DNA of 64,000 nt from Patescibacteria group bacterium (GTDB lineage Bacteria; Patescibacteriota; Patescibacteriia; Magasanikbacterales; GWA2-37-8), in contig JBAZUP010000001.1 of the NCBI GenBank assembly GCA_041661385.1, positions 704,907-768,906 on the forward strand, written 5' to 3'. Position 1 is the stretch's first letter; the number at the start of each line of letters is the position of its first letter. The notes beneath the pieces were generated by a model that did no database searches, was not told where the DNA came from, and was given only the letters and a program-made list of their open reading frames with translations. This document shows, in pieces, positions 9,311 to 18,594 of this stretch. The position numbers and the translations under genes were made by a program.

Positions 9311-10062
9311 ATCATCACAAAAATATTATTGAAATAAAAAACCTCTCTTTCGCTTATAGTGGTGAGTTGGTGTTAAAAAATATTTCCTTAAATATTCATG
9401 AGGGTGATTATTTGGGCATCATTGGACCAAATGGCAGCGGCAAATCGACTTTGTTAAAATTAATGCTTGGCTTGCTTAAACCCTCGGCGGGTGAGGTTAA
9501 CTTGTTTGGAAAGCCGGTATCAGAATTTAAAGATTGGTATAAGCTTGGGTATGTTTCGCAAAAGGCGGTAAATTTTGATCCTTTATTTCCGGTAACAGTT
9601 TGGGAGGTGGTCGCCATGGGCCGTCTTGGTCGGCGTGGTCTAGGAAAAAATCTAAGCGATGTGGATGATAAGGCAATTGATAAAGCACTTGTGGAGGTTG
9701 GCATGACTGAATTTCGTGATCGTTTAATTGGCGATTTATCTGGCGGACAACAACAACGGGTTTTTATCGCTCGGGCGCTCGCGGCAGAACCAGCGGTAAT
9801 ATTTTTAGATGAACCGACAACCGGAATTGATGTTGAAACTCAAGAACAGTTTTATTCATTGCTTACGAAATTAAACCGGGAGCGCGACCTCACACTGGTG
9901 CTTATTTCGCACGATATTGATGTCATTGCTCACGAAGCAACCGAGCTCGCCTGTATTAACCAAACGCTTGTTTACCATGGCGAACCCAAGGAATTTGTAA
10001 AAGCAGATTATCTGGAAATGCTTTATGGAAAAAACATTCGTCAAATTTTACATGGTCATTAA
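9301..10062 (+). CDS. znuC: Zinc ABC transporter ATPase
   Basis: GPNGSGKST, LSGGQQQR, LDEPT, SHD; His-rich tail. Confidence 0.9.
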   Translation: MPVNHHKNIIEIKNLSFAYSGELVLKNISLNIHEGDYLGIIGPNGSGKSTLLKLMLGLLKPSAGEVNLFGKPVSEFKDWYKLGYVSQKAVNFDPLFPVTVWEVVAMGRLGRRGLGKNLSDVDDKAIDKALVEVGMTEFRDRLIGDLSGGQQQRVFIARALAAEPAVIFLDEPTTGIDVETQEQFYSLLTKLNRERDLTLVLISHDIDVIAHEATELACINQTLVYHGEPKEFVKADYLEMLYGKNIRQILHGH

Positions 10063-10064
10063 AT

Positions 10065-10883
10065 ATGTTTGAAATTTTTCAATATACATTTGTCGTGAGA
10101 GGACTTGTTGCCGGTCTTATCATCGGTGTGATAGCGCCACTCGTCGGAATTTTTTTGGTACTTCGCCGCTATTCTCTTATTGCCGATACTTTAGCTCATG
10201 TTTCGCTTGCTGGCGTCGCGATTGGTCTTTTGACCGGTTTGAATCCGCTTCTCACCGCGCTCGGCGCTTCGGCCCTGTCTTCACTTGCGATTGAAAGACT
10301 TCGCAATAGTAAAAAGATTTATGGTGAAACAGCGCTTTCAATATTTTTATCAGGTTCTCTAGCGCTTGCGGTAGTTCTAATTGGTCTGTCGCATGGTTTT
10401 AATGTTGATTTGTTTAGTTATTTATTCGGCAGTATTCTTACCGTTCGGCCTCAAGATATTTTTATCATGATTTTGCTTGCTCTAATAATTGGAATTTTAT
10501 TTATTTTATTTTTTAGAGAACTAATTTATTTGTCTTTTGATGAAGACTCGGCCAAAGTCAGTGGTATCCCGGCCTCAATTTTTAATTCCGCCTTTATTCT
10601 ACTTTCTGCCGCAACCATCGCTATCAGCATTCCCATTATTGGCGTGTTGCTTATTTCGGCGTTGTTAGTTTTGCCGGTTATTACCGCACTGCAGTTTAGA
10701 CGCAGTTTTGCTTATACGCTTTTGTACGCGGAAATTATTTCTTTATCTTCAATCATGGTTGGTATTATCGGGTCGTTTTATTTAAATATTCCGTCTGGCG
10801 GTTTTATTGTTCTAGTAATGCTCGCGATATTTATTGTTACATTTCTCATCAAGAAACCGAAATCACGGTTAATGTCCTGGTAA
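10065..10883 (+). CDS. znuB: Zinc ABC transporter permease
   Basis: DTLAHVSLAG, YLFGSIL, SFDEDSA. Confidence 0.9.
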   Translation: MFEIFQYTFVVRGLVAGLIIGVIAPLVGIFLVLRRYSLIADTLAHVSLAGVAIGLLTGLNPLLTALGASALSSLAIERLRNSKKIYGETALSIFLSGSLALAVVLIGLSHGFNVDLFSYLFGSILTVRPQDIFIMILLALIIGILFILFFRELIYLSFDEDSAKVSGIPASIFNSAFILLSAATIAISIPIIGVLLISALLVLPVITALQFRRSFAYTLLYAEIISLSSIMVGIIGSFYLNIPSGGFIVLVMLAIFIVTFLIKKPKSRLMSW

Positions 10884-10886
10884 ATC

Positions 10887-11318
10887 ATGAAAAATAAATC
10901 GCTAGAAATAATTAAACTTCTTCGGGAGCGCGGGGAAAGGATAACTCCCGCTCGTCGTAAAATTGTCGAAATTTTTTTTGATGCTAAGAAACCCCTTACA
11001 GCCGCTGAGTTGGCTTTGAATTTAAAAAAAGCTCGGGTGAAATCTGACAAGACCACGGTCTATCGTCAAATTGAAGATTTGGTTATTCACGGAATATTAG
11101 AGGAAGTGCGGTTTGAAGACCGGGTCAAGCGTTATGAATTATCACTAGGTTGGCACCATCATCATTTGGTTTGTGTGAGTTGTGGCAAGGTGGCAGATGT
11201 TGAACTCGCGGAAGATCTTGGCAAGCAAAAAAATATTATTTTTAAAAAATATAAATTTCAGGTTCTGCGCCATTCGCTGGAATTTTTCGGCCAGTGCCGG
11301 TCTTGCAGTAAAAAATAA
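10887..11318 (+). CDS. zur: Fur-family repressor, probably Zur
   Basis: TTVYR, HHHHLVCVSCG, CRSC; at the end of the znu operon. Confidence 0.8.
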   Translation: MKNKSLEIIKLLRERGERITPARRKIVEIFFDAKKPLTAAELALNLKKARVKSDKTTVYRQIEDLVIHGILEEVRFEDRVKRYELSLGWHHHHLVCVSCGKVADVELAEDLGKQKNIIFKKYKFQVLRHSLEFFGQCRSCSKK

Positions 11319-11329
11319 TATAAATGAAA

Positions 11330-11354
11330 GAGCGGCGACCAGTGGTCGCCGCTC
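11330..11354. terminator. Hairpin between convergent genes
   Basis: GAGCGGCGACC-AGT-GGTCGCCGCTC. Confidence 0.7.
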
Positions 11355-11366
11355 GTTTAATTTTTA

Positions 11367-12812
11367 CTATTTTCGGTTTGCAGCCTCCTTCATCGTTTCG
11401 GCCAGTTCTTGTTTAGTAACTCCTTTTTCAATTAGTTCTTTGCTGTGGAGTAGCCAAAAGGCTTCCACGCCTTGGTTTACTACCATCGGTACGCCGTCCA
11501 GGGTTTCGAAGCCAAGCTCGGCGGCCTTTTTGAGGAAGGGAGTGCCTTCCTTGGTGAGCACAATATCGCTCACGACCGCTTTTTTGGGTATGAACTCGAA
11601 CAGGCGCGCCGCGTTTAGGTAATTTTCGGCAAGGTTTTCCGGTGTGGCCGGAAGTCTGGCCGGAGCCAGAGCGCTGTATTCGGCCATTTCACCGGCTGCT
11701 CCCTTGGTGGAAACGTTTATTACCGCATCGGCCGATGTGATCTCGCTAGCGGTCATAAGTTCGCCTCCAAACGAGGCTATTTCCGCGCCGATGTAGCGGT
11801 TGATCCTGGTGGCAAGTTCCTCGGCTTTTTTTTCTGTCCGGTTCAGAATGGTGATTTTCATGCCTTTCTCTGCGAGGGCAAAAGCCACGGCGTTGCCGGT
11901 TCCGCCCGCACCGAGCAGTACGGCTTTTTTGCCGCGAATATCTTCACCCTGAGCCGCAAAGCGTTCGGCCAGGCTCTCTGCGTAGCCGAGACCATCGGTG
12001 TTATAGCCGCGCAGCTTGCCTTCTGGTGTCTTCAGAATGAAGTTAATTGCGCCGATTGCCTCAGCCGCCGGATCAAGTTCAAGGTGCTTTGACGCCTCGT
12101 CCTTGAAGCCGACTCCGGCTCCACCACCCAAATACTTCGGGTCATTTTCAAGAACCGTAAGTATTTCTTTGGCGTGAGTCGGGTCACCAACCAGCATGAT
12201 GTTCCCGGTTTTGAGGCCGAATTTACGGTAAGCCGCATTCCACATCACCGGAGTTTTTGCCGGGTAGTCGTGTTCGATGAGTGGCAGGGTGTAGTGGTCA
12301 AAATCGAGAGAGCTAGGATTGTCAGCCGGAAGTTTCGCGATTTTCATCGCACCGCTTTCAAGTAACTCACCCGCACCTTTGATTTTTTCCGTAAATTCGA
12401 AGTTCATAATCGTAACCATGTCAGCCTCCGTTAGTTTGCGTCCATAGACCTTTTCAAGTTTTGCGATTACTTCGGGCGAGGTGGCGCCGTCTAGCGCCGC
12501 TCCCGCGAGATCGTCCGCTTGAAGGTCGGAGACGATTTTTTTCTGAATATTTTTCACCAAAACTTTTTTGGTGGCATCCTGAAAAGTGTTATCAGGATTT
12601 TGGACCTTTAATTCAATGAACGTACCCGCTTGGTAACCAAGTTTTGGGTCGCTAGTGCGTTCGGTGCGGTCTCCAAGTCGGATGGTCGCATTGACATCGC
12701 AGTTTTCTATAACGTCGATCAGGTGTTTTACTTCCGAATCGCTAGCACCCTTGAACCAGATTTCATTCGCGAGTTTTATCGCGTGATGCTCTCGGCTATT
12801 TTCTTTTTCCAT
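11367..12812 (-). CDS. Shikimate dehydrogenase-like protein with N-terminal ASCH/PUA-like domain
   Basis: C-terminal GAIN, GYNTDG, GAGGTG, NRT..KA, DG..M.V.QG; N-terminal ATIRLG...LEKVY...D.VTI..FE. Confidence 0.7.
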   Translation of the reverse strand: MEKENSREHHAIKLANEIWFKGASDSEVKHLIDVIENCDVNATIRLGDRTERTSDPKLGYQAGTFIELKVQNPDNTFQDATKKVLVKNIQKKIVSDLQADDLAGAALDGATSPEVIAKLEKVYGRKLTEADMVTIMNFEFTEKIKGAGELLESGAMKIAKLPADNPSSLDFDHYTLPLIEHDYPAKTPVMWNAAYRKFGLKTGNIMLVGDPTHAKEILTVLENDPKYLGGGAGVGFKDEASKHLELDPAAEAIGAINFILKTPEGKLRGYNTDGLGYAESLAERFAAQGEDIRGKKAVLLGAGGTGNAVAFALAEKGMKITILNRTEKKAEELATRINRYIGAEIASFGGELMTASEITSADAVINVSTKGAAGEMAEYSALAPARLPATPENLAENYLNAARLFEFIPKKAVVSDIVLTKEGTPFLKKAAELGFETLDGVPMVVNQGVEAFWLLHSKELIEKGVTKQELAETMKEAANRK

Positions 12813-12813
12813 A

Positions 12814-13434
12814 TTATTTCTCCGAAACTTTTTTGCCGAGCGAACCGCCCGGATGTATTTTGGCGAAATGCCTTTTTTGAAAACCCTTTATTTCATGGAG
12901 GGTGTTCGCAATGGCATCGGAAAGAGCAAGGGCCGCGATAACGCTGGTGGTCGGAGCCAGGTTAAAGGTGGTGCAGATAGTGCACGCCTCTTCCTTGACC
13001 CCGGTTTCAAGTGCTACGTCGGCTTTTTTAGCTATACTAGATTTATTATTCCCGGTGATGGCAATAATTTTAATATTAAGGTGGGAAAGGGAATTTACAA
13101 AAGCGATCATTTCTGTGGATTCACCACTGTGTGAATATACAATCACGACGTCTTCGTGAGTGATCATTCCAAGGTCGCCATGCAGCGCCTCAACCGGGTG
13201 GACAAACACACAAAAAGTGCCGGTAGAAGAAAGTGTTGCCGCTAGTTTTCTTGCGACAATTCCCGATTTTCCGATACCAGAAACCACGACTTTTCCTTTC
13301 GAATTTTTAAGTAATTTCAGGGCGGCAATGAATGCCTCGTTATCAAGATTATTTGATAATGCCATGATAGCTTCGGCCTCATTTTTTAGTACATGCCTGC
13401 CAATGGCCGCAAATCGTTCAAACTCTTTTGTCAT
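12814..13434 (-). CDS. KpsF/GutQ-family sugar-phosphate isomerase (SIS domain only)
   Basis: SGIGKSG, STGT, HP.EALHGDLG, S.SGES.E, APTTS, HPGGSLG; no CBS domains. Confidence 0.85.
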   Translation of the reverse strand: MTKEFERFAAIGRHVLKNEAEAIMALSNNLDNEAFIAALKLLKNSKGKVVVSGIGKSGIVARKLAATLSSTGTFCVFVHPVEALHGDLGMITHEDVVIVYSHSGESTEMIAFVNSLSHLNIKIIAITGNNKSSIAKKADVALETGVKEEACTICTTFNLAPTTSVIAALALSDAIANTLHEIKGFQKRHFAKIHPGGSLGKKVSEK

Positions 13435-13574
13435 ATTATGAACTCTAGCACAAAAATTAATACTAATCCAGCTCTTAGGTTAGCAAGTGTATATACCAAA
13501 AAATACCTAAGGATGTTACATAAAGGGTGCGGGATTTGACTAAATATAAGCAATAAGATAATATTAATTTCAAT

Positions 13575-13634
13575 ATGAAACATTTTATCAACAGCATTAT
13601 CATTATTATTAGCGCCTACCCTCGGGCAGCCTAA
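13575..13634 (+). CDS. Ile-rich attenuator leader peptide MKHFINSIIIIISAYPRAA
   Basis: Five consecutive Ile codons upstream of ilvA; 3' end overlaps the antiterminator arm. Confidence 0.85.
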   Translation: MKHFINSIIIIISAYPRAA

Positions 13635-13674
13635 CTTGTTGTTGAAAGTTAGCCGCCCACGAGGGCGGTTTTTT
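13624..13674 (+). promoter_or_regulatory. Transcription attenuator (antiterminator/terminator)
   Basis: GGGCAGCCTAACTT pairs with AAGTTAGCCGCCC, competing with terminator CCGCCC-ACGA-GGGCGG-T6. Confidence 0.85.
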
Positions 13675-13695
13675 AAATAATAAAAATATATTTTT

Positions 13696-14964
13696 ATGAG
13701 CACATCAACCGAACAAAAAAATACCGTTAGTTTGAGAATGATTGAAGAAGCCTCATTACGGCTTGCTGGTGTGGTACAAAGAACACCGCTTCAGCTTTCC
13801 AAACGTCTTTCCGAGCGTTATGGTGCAACCGTTTATTTGAAGCGTGAAGATTTACAGGAAGTACGTTCGTTCAAGATCCGTGGCGCCTACAATAAAATCA
13901 GTTCGTTAACGGATAGTGAAAAAACGCGCGGTGTGGTTTGCGCGAGCGCCGGCAATCATGCACAGGGCGTCGCTTATAGTTGTGCGACTTTAAAAATAAA
14001 TGGCGTAATATTTATGCCGGCCGTAACTCCTAATCAAAAAATTGAAAAAGTTCGTCAGTTTGGAAAATCTTTTGTCGAAGTTAAACTCGTCGGCAATACC
14101 TTTGATGAAGCCTCGGCTGAAGCGCAGAAATATTGTACTGAGAAAAATGCGGTGTTTGTTCATCCATTCAATGACCCGCTCACTATTGCCGGACAAGGAA
14201 CAATCGCAGAGGAGATTGATCAAAAATTAAATGGCGAATTGGATTATTTACTCGCGCCCATCGGCGGCGGCGGGTTGGTTTCCGGCTTAACAGCGTATTA
14301 TAAAGAGAAAAATAATCCGGTAAAAATTATTGGCTGCGAACCAAGCGGCGCGGCGACCATGCATACGGCGCTAAGCAATGGCAAAGTAGTTACTCTCGAC
14401 CAAATTGATACCTTTGTCGATGGTTGCGCGGTAAAAACGGTCGGCGATAAAACATTTAATATTTGTGAACAGTATTTAGACCGCGTAGTGGTAGTTCCGG
14501 AAGGAAAAATTTGCACTACCATGATTGAGCTTTATCAAAATGACGGCATTGTCGCGGAACCGTCCGGCGCTCTGCCGATTTCAGTGTTGGATGAAGTGTC
14601 GGAGGAAATAAAAGGCAAGGTAGTCGTTTGTGTTCTAAGCGGCGGAAATAATGATATTCTTCGTTACCCGGAAATAATGGAGCGGAGTTTGGTTTATCAG
14701 GGCCGCAAACATTATTTTATTATTGAGTTTGCGCAAAAGCCCGGTCAGCTTCGCGACTTCTTAAATCAGGCGCTTGGACCAACCGACGACATCTCCCGCT
14801 TCGAATATATAAAGAAGACCAACAAGGAAAAAGGCCCGGCGTTAATCGGTATTGAACTGAAAGATAAAAAAGATTATGAACCATTGCTCGAAAGAATGCG
14901 GGATATTGAATTAAATTTCAAAGTGATAAATAGCAATGACATGCTTTATCAATATTTAATTTAA
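13696..14964 (+). CDS. ilvA: Threonine ammonia-lyase (short biosynthetic form, one ACT-like domain)
   Basis: KREDLQ.VRSFKIRGA, SAGNHAQG, GGGGL, SGGNND, F.Q.PG.L. Confidence 0.95.
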   Translation: MSTSTEQKNTVSLRMIEEASLRLAGVVQRTPLQLSKRLSERYGATVYLKREDLQEVRSFKIRGAYNKISSLTDSEKTRGVVCASAGNHAQGVAYSCATLKINGVIFMPAVTPNQKIEKVRQFGKSFVEVKLVGNTFDEASAEAQKYCTEKNAVFVHPFNDPLTIAGQGTIAEEIDQKLNGELDYLLAPIGGGGLVSGLTAYYKEKNNPVKIIGCEPSGAATMHTALSNGKVVTLDQIDTFVDGCAVKTVGDKTFNICEQYLDRVVVVPEGKICTTMIELYQNDGIVAEPSGALPISVLDEVSEEIKGKVVVCVLSGGNNDILRYPEIMERSLVYQGRKHYFIIEFAQKPGQLRDFLNQALGPTDDISRFEYIKKTNKEKGPALIGIELKDKKDYEPLLERMRDIELNFKVINSNDMLYQYLI

Positions 14965-14967
14965 AAT

Positions 14968-15345
14968 ATGTTTGAAATTATTCAAACCGATAATGCGCCC
15001 AAGGCGGTCGGCCCATATTCACAAGCTGTAGTGAGTGGAGGTTTTGTTTTTTGTTCAGGTCAGATTGGCCTTGAGCCAAAAAGCGGTAATTTGGCAGACG
15101 GGGTAGAGGCTCAAACCAAACAAGTTTTGCAAAATATTGATGCTGTACTTGCGGAAGCTGAGGTAGAAATAAATCAGGTTGTAAAAACAACTATTTATCT
15201 AAAAAACATCAGTGATTTTGCTGTCGTTAATGAAATTTACGGTAAATTTTTCGGCGACCACCGCCCGGCTCGTTCGACAGTAGAAGTTTCAAATTTGCCC
15301 AAAGGGGCACTCGTAGAGATTGAGGTGATAGCTTCACAGAATTAA
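14968..15345 (+). CDS. ridA: RidA-family enamine/imine deaminase
   Basis: AP.AVGPYSQA, SGQIG, PARS.V.V..LP. Confidence 0.9.
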   Translation: MFEIIQTDNAPKAVGPYSQAVVSGGFVFCSGQIGLEPKSGNLADGVEAQTKQVLQNIDAVLAEAEVEINQVVKTTIYLKNISDFAVVNEIYGKFFGDHRPARSTVEVSNLPKGALVEIEVIASQN

Positions 15346-15381
15346 AAAACTCCATGTCAAACGCCGTGTTATTTATCATCA

Positions 15382-15576
15382 TTATTTTTTTGTGCTTATA
15401 CCGAGCAACTTGTAAATCGGACAAAATCCGGTTACCGCAACTGCTGTCATGATGACCGCTATCGCGTATAGCATGTAGCTAACCCATCCTGAAGTTTGAG
15501 CATAACCAGTATATGCGGCAACAAGCGCGACAATCAATCTGATGCTGCGATCTAAATTATTGGTATTTTTTTGCAT
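15382..15576 (-). CDS. DUF2892/YgaP-like small membrane protein
   Basis: N...DR..R, GFCPIY..LGIST. Confidence 0.85.
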   Translation of the reverse strand: MQKNTNNLDRSIRLIVALVAAYTGYAQTSGWVSYMLYAIAVIMTAVAVTGFCPIYKLLGISTKK

Positions 15577-15617
15577 AACAAAATTATTAATAATTAATAT
15601 TTTTTTTAAATAAATTT

Positions 15618-16895
15618 TTACAAAGCTGTTATCTTTAAATACTTAAAAATATCTTGAGTTGCAATTGCCCCCTCTGAACATGCAGTGACAATTTGCCGGA
15701 AGGAATTTGATCCGGTTGTAATATCGCCAGCCGCCCAAATCCCTTTCTTATTTGTGGTCTGGTCTGCCTTGGTTTTTATATAGCCTTTTTCATCTGTTTT
15801 CAGCTTGAGTTGGTTTATAAGAATCGGATCTGGTTCGGAACCTATTTCAACGAATAATCCGTCCAGAACAATTTTTGATATTTCATTACTTATATTTTTT
15901 ATCTCAATGCTTTCTAATTTTTGATCGCCTTGAATGCTGGTAATATCTGAGTTCAAAATCAGTTTGATTTTGAGGTTATTCTTTACCTGATCAATCCAAG
16001 CCGTTTCACCACGTAATTCTTCACCACGATAAATTTGATAAACATCCTTTGCAATGTCTGCCAAATAAAGAGCCGCCGTGCTAGCACTGTCACTGCCGCC
16101 AATAACCGCTACCGTCTTATTGGTATAAAATGCGGCGTCGCAAGTAGCACAGTAAGAAATACCCCTGCCAATTAGTTTACTTTCATTTTCAATATTCAAA
16201 TGTTTATGTTTGGTGCCAGTTGCGAGTAAAATAGTTTTGGTTAAAATAACTTCTTCGTTTGAAAGGACTAGTTCATAGCCTGCTCGTTTTTTAGAGATTT
16301 GAGTTACGCCGGTATTTTTGAATGGGGTTTGAAGTTGGTTAACATGGTCCCACATTTTCTTGGTTAGATCCATGCCGGATATTTCAATTTCAGAAGGGTA
16401 ATTGCAAATTTTATGTGAGGATGTCATGAGTCCGCCGGTAAGCTCGCCTACAAGTACATGGTCAATTTTATAACGCGAGGCGTACACTGCAGCAGTTAGG
16501 CCCGCGGGTCCGGTACCGATTATGCATAAATCATGAATTTCAGAAGTTGCCTTATTTTTTCTTATTTTTCTTGTAGGTGAAATTTTTTCTAAAATAGCAA
16601 CAAAGTCTGTTTCTGCTATTTCACCTGATAATCTGTTATTTTGAAGTTCTCCATTAATATAAAAGAGTAGGGTTGGTGAACCGCTTACTCCTAATGTTTG
16701 AGCTAGAGGTCGATTTTCCTGACGATGTATTTTAATAAATTGAAAGCCGGTATATTTAATCGCTAGGCGCTCAAAAATTGGCGCCAATTTTTCGCAAGGT
16801 GGGCAATCAGTTGAAAAAAAATCAACAACAACATATTTATTATTTTTAACTATGTCAAAAAAATCCGTTTCAGTTTTAATAACTTTAATTTCCAT
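15618..16895 (-). CDS. Thioredoxin-thioredoxin reductase fusion
   Basis: N-terminal Trx domain (DCPPC); C-terminal GTGPAG, SYCATCD, AAGD. Confidence 0.85.
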   Translation of the reverse strand: MEIKVIKTETDFFDIVKNNKYVVVDFFSTDCPPCEKLAPIFERLAIKYTGFQFIKIHRQENRPLAQTLGVSGSPTLLFYINGELQNNRLSGEIAETDFVAILEKISPTRKIRKNKATSEIHDLCIIGTGPAGLTAAVYASRYKIDHVLVGELTGGLMTSSHKICNYPSEIEISGMDLTKKMWDHVNQLQTPFKNTGVTQISKKRAGYELVLSNEEVILTKTILLATGTKHKHLNIENESKLIGRGISYCATCDAAFYTNKTVAVIGGSDSASTAALYLADIAKDVYQIYRGEELRGETAWIDQVKNNLKIKLILNSDITSIQGDQKLESIEIKNISNEISKIVLDGLFVEIGSEPDPILINQLKLKTDEKGYIKTKADQTTNKKGIWAAGDITTGSNSFRQIVTACSEGAIATQDIFKYLKITAL

Positions 16896-16898
16896 AAA

Positions 16899-17240
16899 CT
16901 ATTTAACTGATTTAACAGCTTCGTCTATTTCGCGGGCTAGTGTAGCTTTTGGGCGAAAGCCGATAAAGTCCTGAATAATCTTACCCTGATAAAATAATTT
17001 CATATTGGGAATGCTGGCGATTTGGTATTGAATAGCAAGCGGCATGTGTTCAGCTACCTCAGTATCTAGCTTGGCAATTTTTACTTTATCTTTTAATTCG
17101 TCTGATAGCTGGTCAAGAATCGGTGCCATCATTTGGCAGGGTCCGCACCAGGGTGCCCAAAAATCTACCAAAACAGGCAGGGTAGATTTTAATACCTCAG
17201 CTTCAAAAGTTTCGTGAGTTAGGTTTAATGCTTTAGCCAT
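16899..17240 (-). CDS. trxA: Thioredoxin
   Basis: VDFWAPWCGPC, SIP. Confidence 0.95.
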   Translation of the reverse strand: MAKALNLTHETFEAEVLKSTLPVLVDFWAPWCGPCQMMAPILDQLSDELKDKVKIAKLDTEVAEHMPLAIQYQIASIPNMKLFYQGKIIQDFIGFRPKATLAREIDEAVKSVK

Positions 17241-17241
17241 A

Positions 17242-17544
17242 TTATTTACATTTGCAAATTAATTTTTTTAAATCTTTAATGAATAAATTTTTGCTAAAAG
17301 AATAGCAGATTTTTTTGCCACTTCTTTTTGGTAGTAGTAATCCGGCCTTCGAAAGAGCTTGGAGATGGTGGGAGACTACCGCGATATGGAGTTTTAGTTC
17401 GCTGGCTATTTCTGAAACGCATATTTCCGGTTGGTTAAAAATTGCGCAAAGGATTTTTAATCGGTTGGCATCACCAACTAAAAGCAGTTGTTTTGCCAAA
17501 GTATCAAGCTGCTTGTTTTGTCTAATTGCGATTTTTGTAGTCAT
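17242..17544 (-). CDS. ArsR/SmtB-family regulator
   Basis: D.NRLKIL, CVSEIA, VSHHL..L..AGL. Confidence 0.9.
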   Translation of the reverse strand: MTTKIAIRQNKQLDTLAKQLLLVGDANRLKILCAIFNQPEICVSEIASELKLHIAVVSHHLQALSKAGLLLPKRSGKKICYSFSKNLFIKDLKKLICKCK

Positions 17545-17548
17545 AAAA

Positions 17549-17596
17549 CATTCAAATGAACGTTTGAATGATATAACATTAAAAAAAGTTTGTCAA
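17549..17596 (-). promoter_or_regulatory. Promoter with ArsR-type operator
   Basis: Minus-strand TTGACA-N17-TATCAT; palindrome CATTCAAA-N6-TTTGAATG (17549-17570) overlaps the -10. Confidence 0.7.
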
Positions 17597-17651
17597 GAGA
17601 AAATAAAAACCGCCGTTTGGCGGGGTTAAAATAGAAAAAGATGCTTATTTT

Positions 17652-18206
17652 TTAATAAAGTAGAATTTTAAAGGCGAGGATAATAAGAATAATTGCTCCG
17701 ATAAGTTCAATCTTGTTTCCAAACAAGTGTCTATTTTTTGTGCCGAAGCATATTCCGACGAGGCAGAGAATAAATGTAATCAGTCCGATAATAGAAGATG
17801 CGAGTAAGGTATTTATTTTAATAAAATTGAAGGTTATTCCGACCACCAACGCATCAATACTGGTAGTAATGGCAAGTAAGGTAAGCACCTTTGTTTCGGC
17901 AAGGTGTTTTTCTTTGTTTAATTCATCTTGAGATGTTTTTTTAAAGGATTCGAATGCCATTTTGCAACCAAGTGAAAATAGCATTAAAAAACCGATGATG
18001 TTGCCGTATTTCACTAAATTTGATTTAAAACCGAACCCAAGCGCTAAGCCAATGATTGGCATAAAAAATTGAAAACCGCCAAAAAATAAAGCAATTTTAA
18101 GGGTTTGTTTAAAAGTTAACCGATGTAAAATGCTTGCGGCGATGGAAATAGCTACCGCATCAAGGGAAAGGCTGATTCCCGTCAGAATCATTTCTAATAA
18201 AGACAT
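17652..18206 (-). CDS. mntP: Manganese efflux pump
   Basis: LSLDA.A.S, FGGFQ..MP, AITTSIDAL.VG. Confidence 0.85.
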   Translation of the reverse strand: MSLLEMILTGISLSLDAVAISIAASILHRLTFKQTLKIALFFGGFQFFMPIIGLALGFGFKSNLVKYGNIIGFLMLFSLGCKMAFESFKKTSQDELNKEKHLAETKVLTLLAITTSIDALVVGITFNFIKINTLLASSIIGLITFILCLVGICFGTKNRHLFGNKIELIGAIILIILAFKILLY

Positions 18207-18321
18207 AGTCAGCAAATTATATCAGTATTTAGACAAATTTAAAACTCGTGTAAGTCTTGCCAATTAAGCCAATAAAATGCTACAATCCTGATGTTAATTC
18301 ATCATATTTTAGAATATAATT

Positions 18322-18588
18322 ATGTCGAATATTAAGAAAATCACAGTAAATCGCGATCTATGTATCGGCGCCGCTTCGTGTATCCTGGCTGCGAATACAG
18401 TGTTTGAGTTCGATGCCGAAAACAAAGCGACAATCATTCTCGGTGATGGAACTAAAGCTGCCGTAACAGAAAAAAGCAAACTTAAAGATCCTTCTGTAAC
18501 CGATGATACGCTTATCAAGGCCGCCCGCTCTTGTCCAACTAAAGCAATAATTTTGGAAGACGAAACCGGCAATCAGGTATACCCGTAA
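18322..18588 (+). CDS. Single-cluster ferredoxin (likely [3Fe-4S])
   Basis: CIGAASC...CP. Confidence 0.85.
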   Translation: MSNIKKITVNRDLCIGAASCILAANTVFEFDAENKATIILGDGTKAAVTEKSKLKDPSVTDDTLIKAARSCPTKAIILEDETGNQVYP

Positions 18589-18594
18589 TCACCA

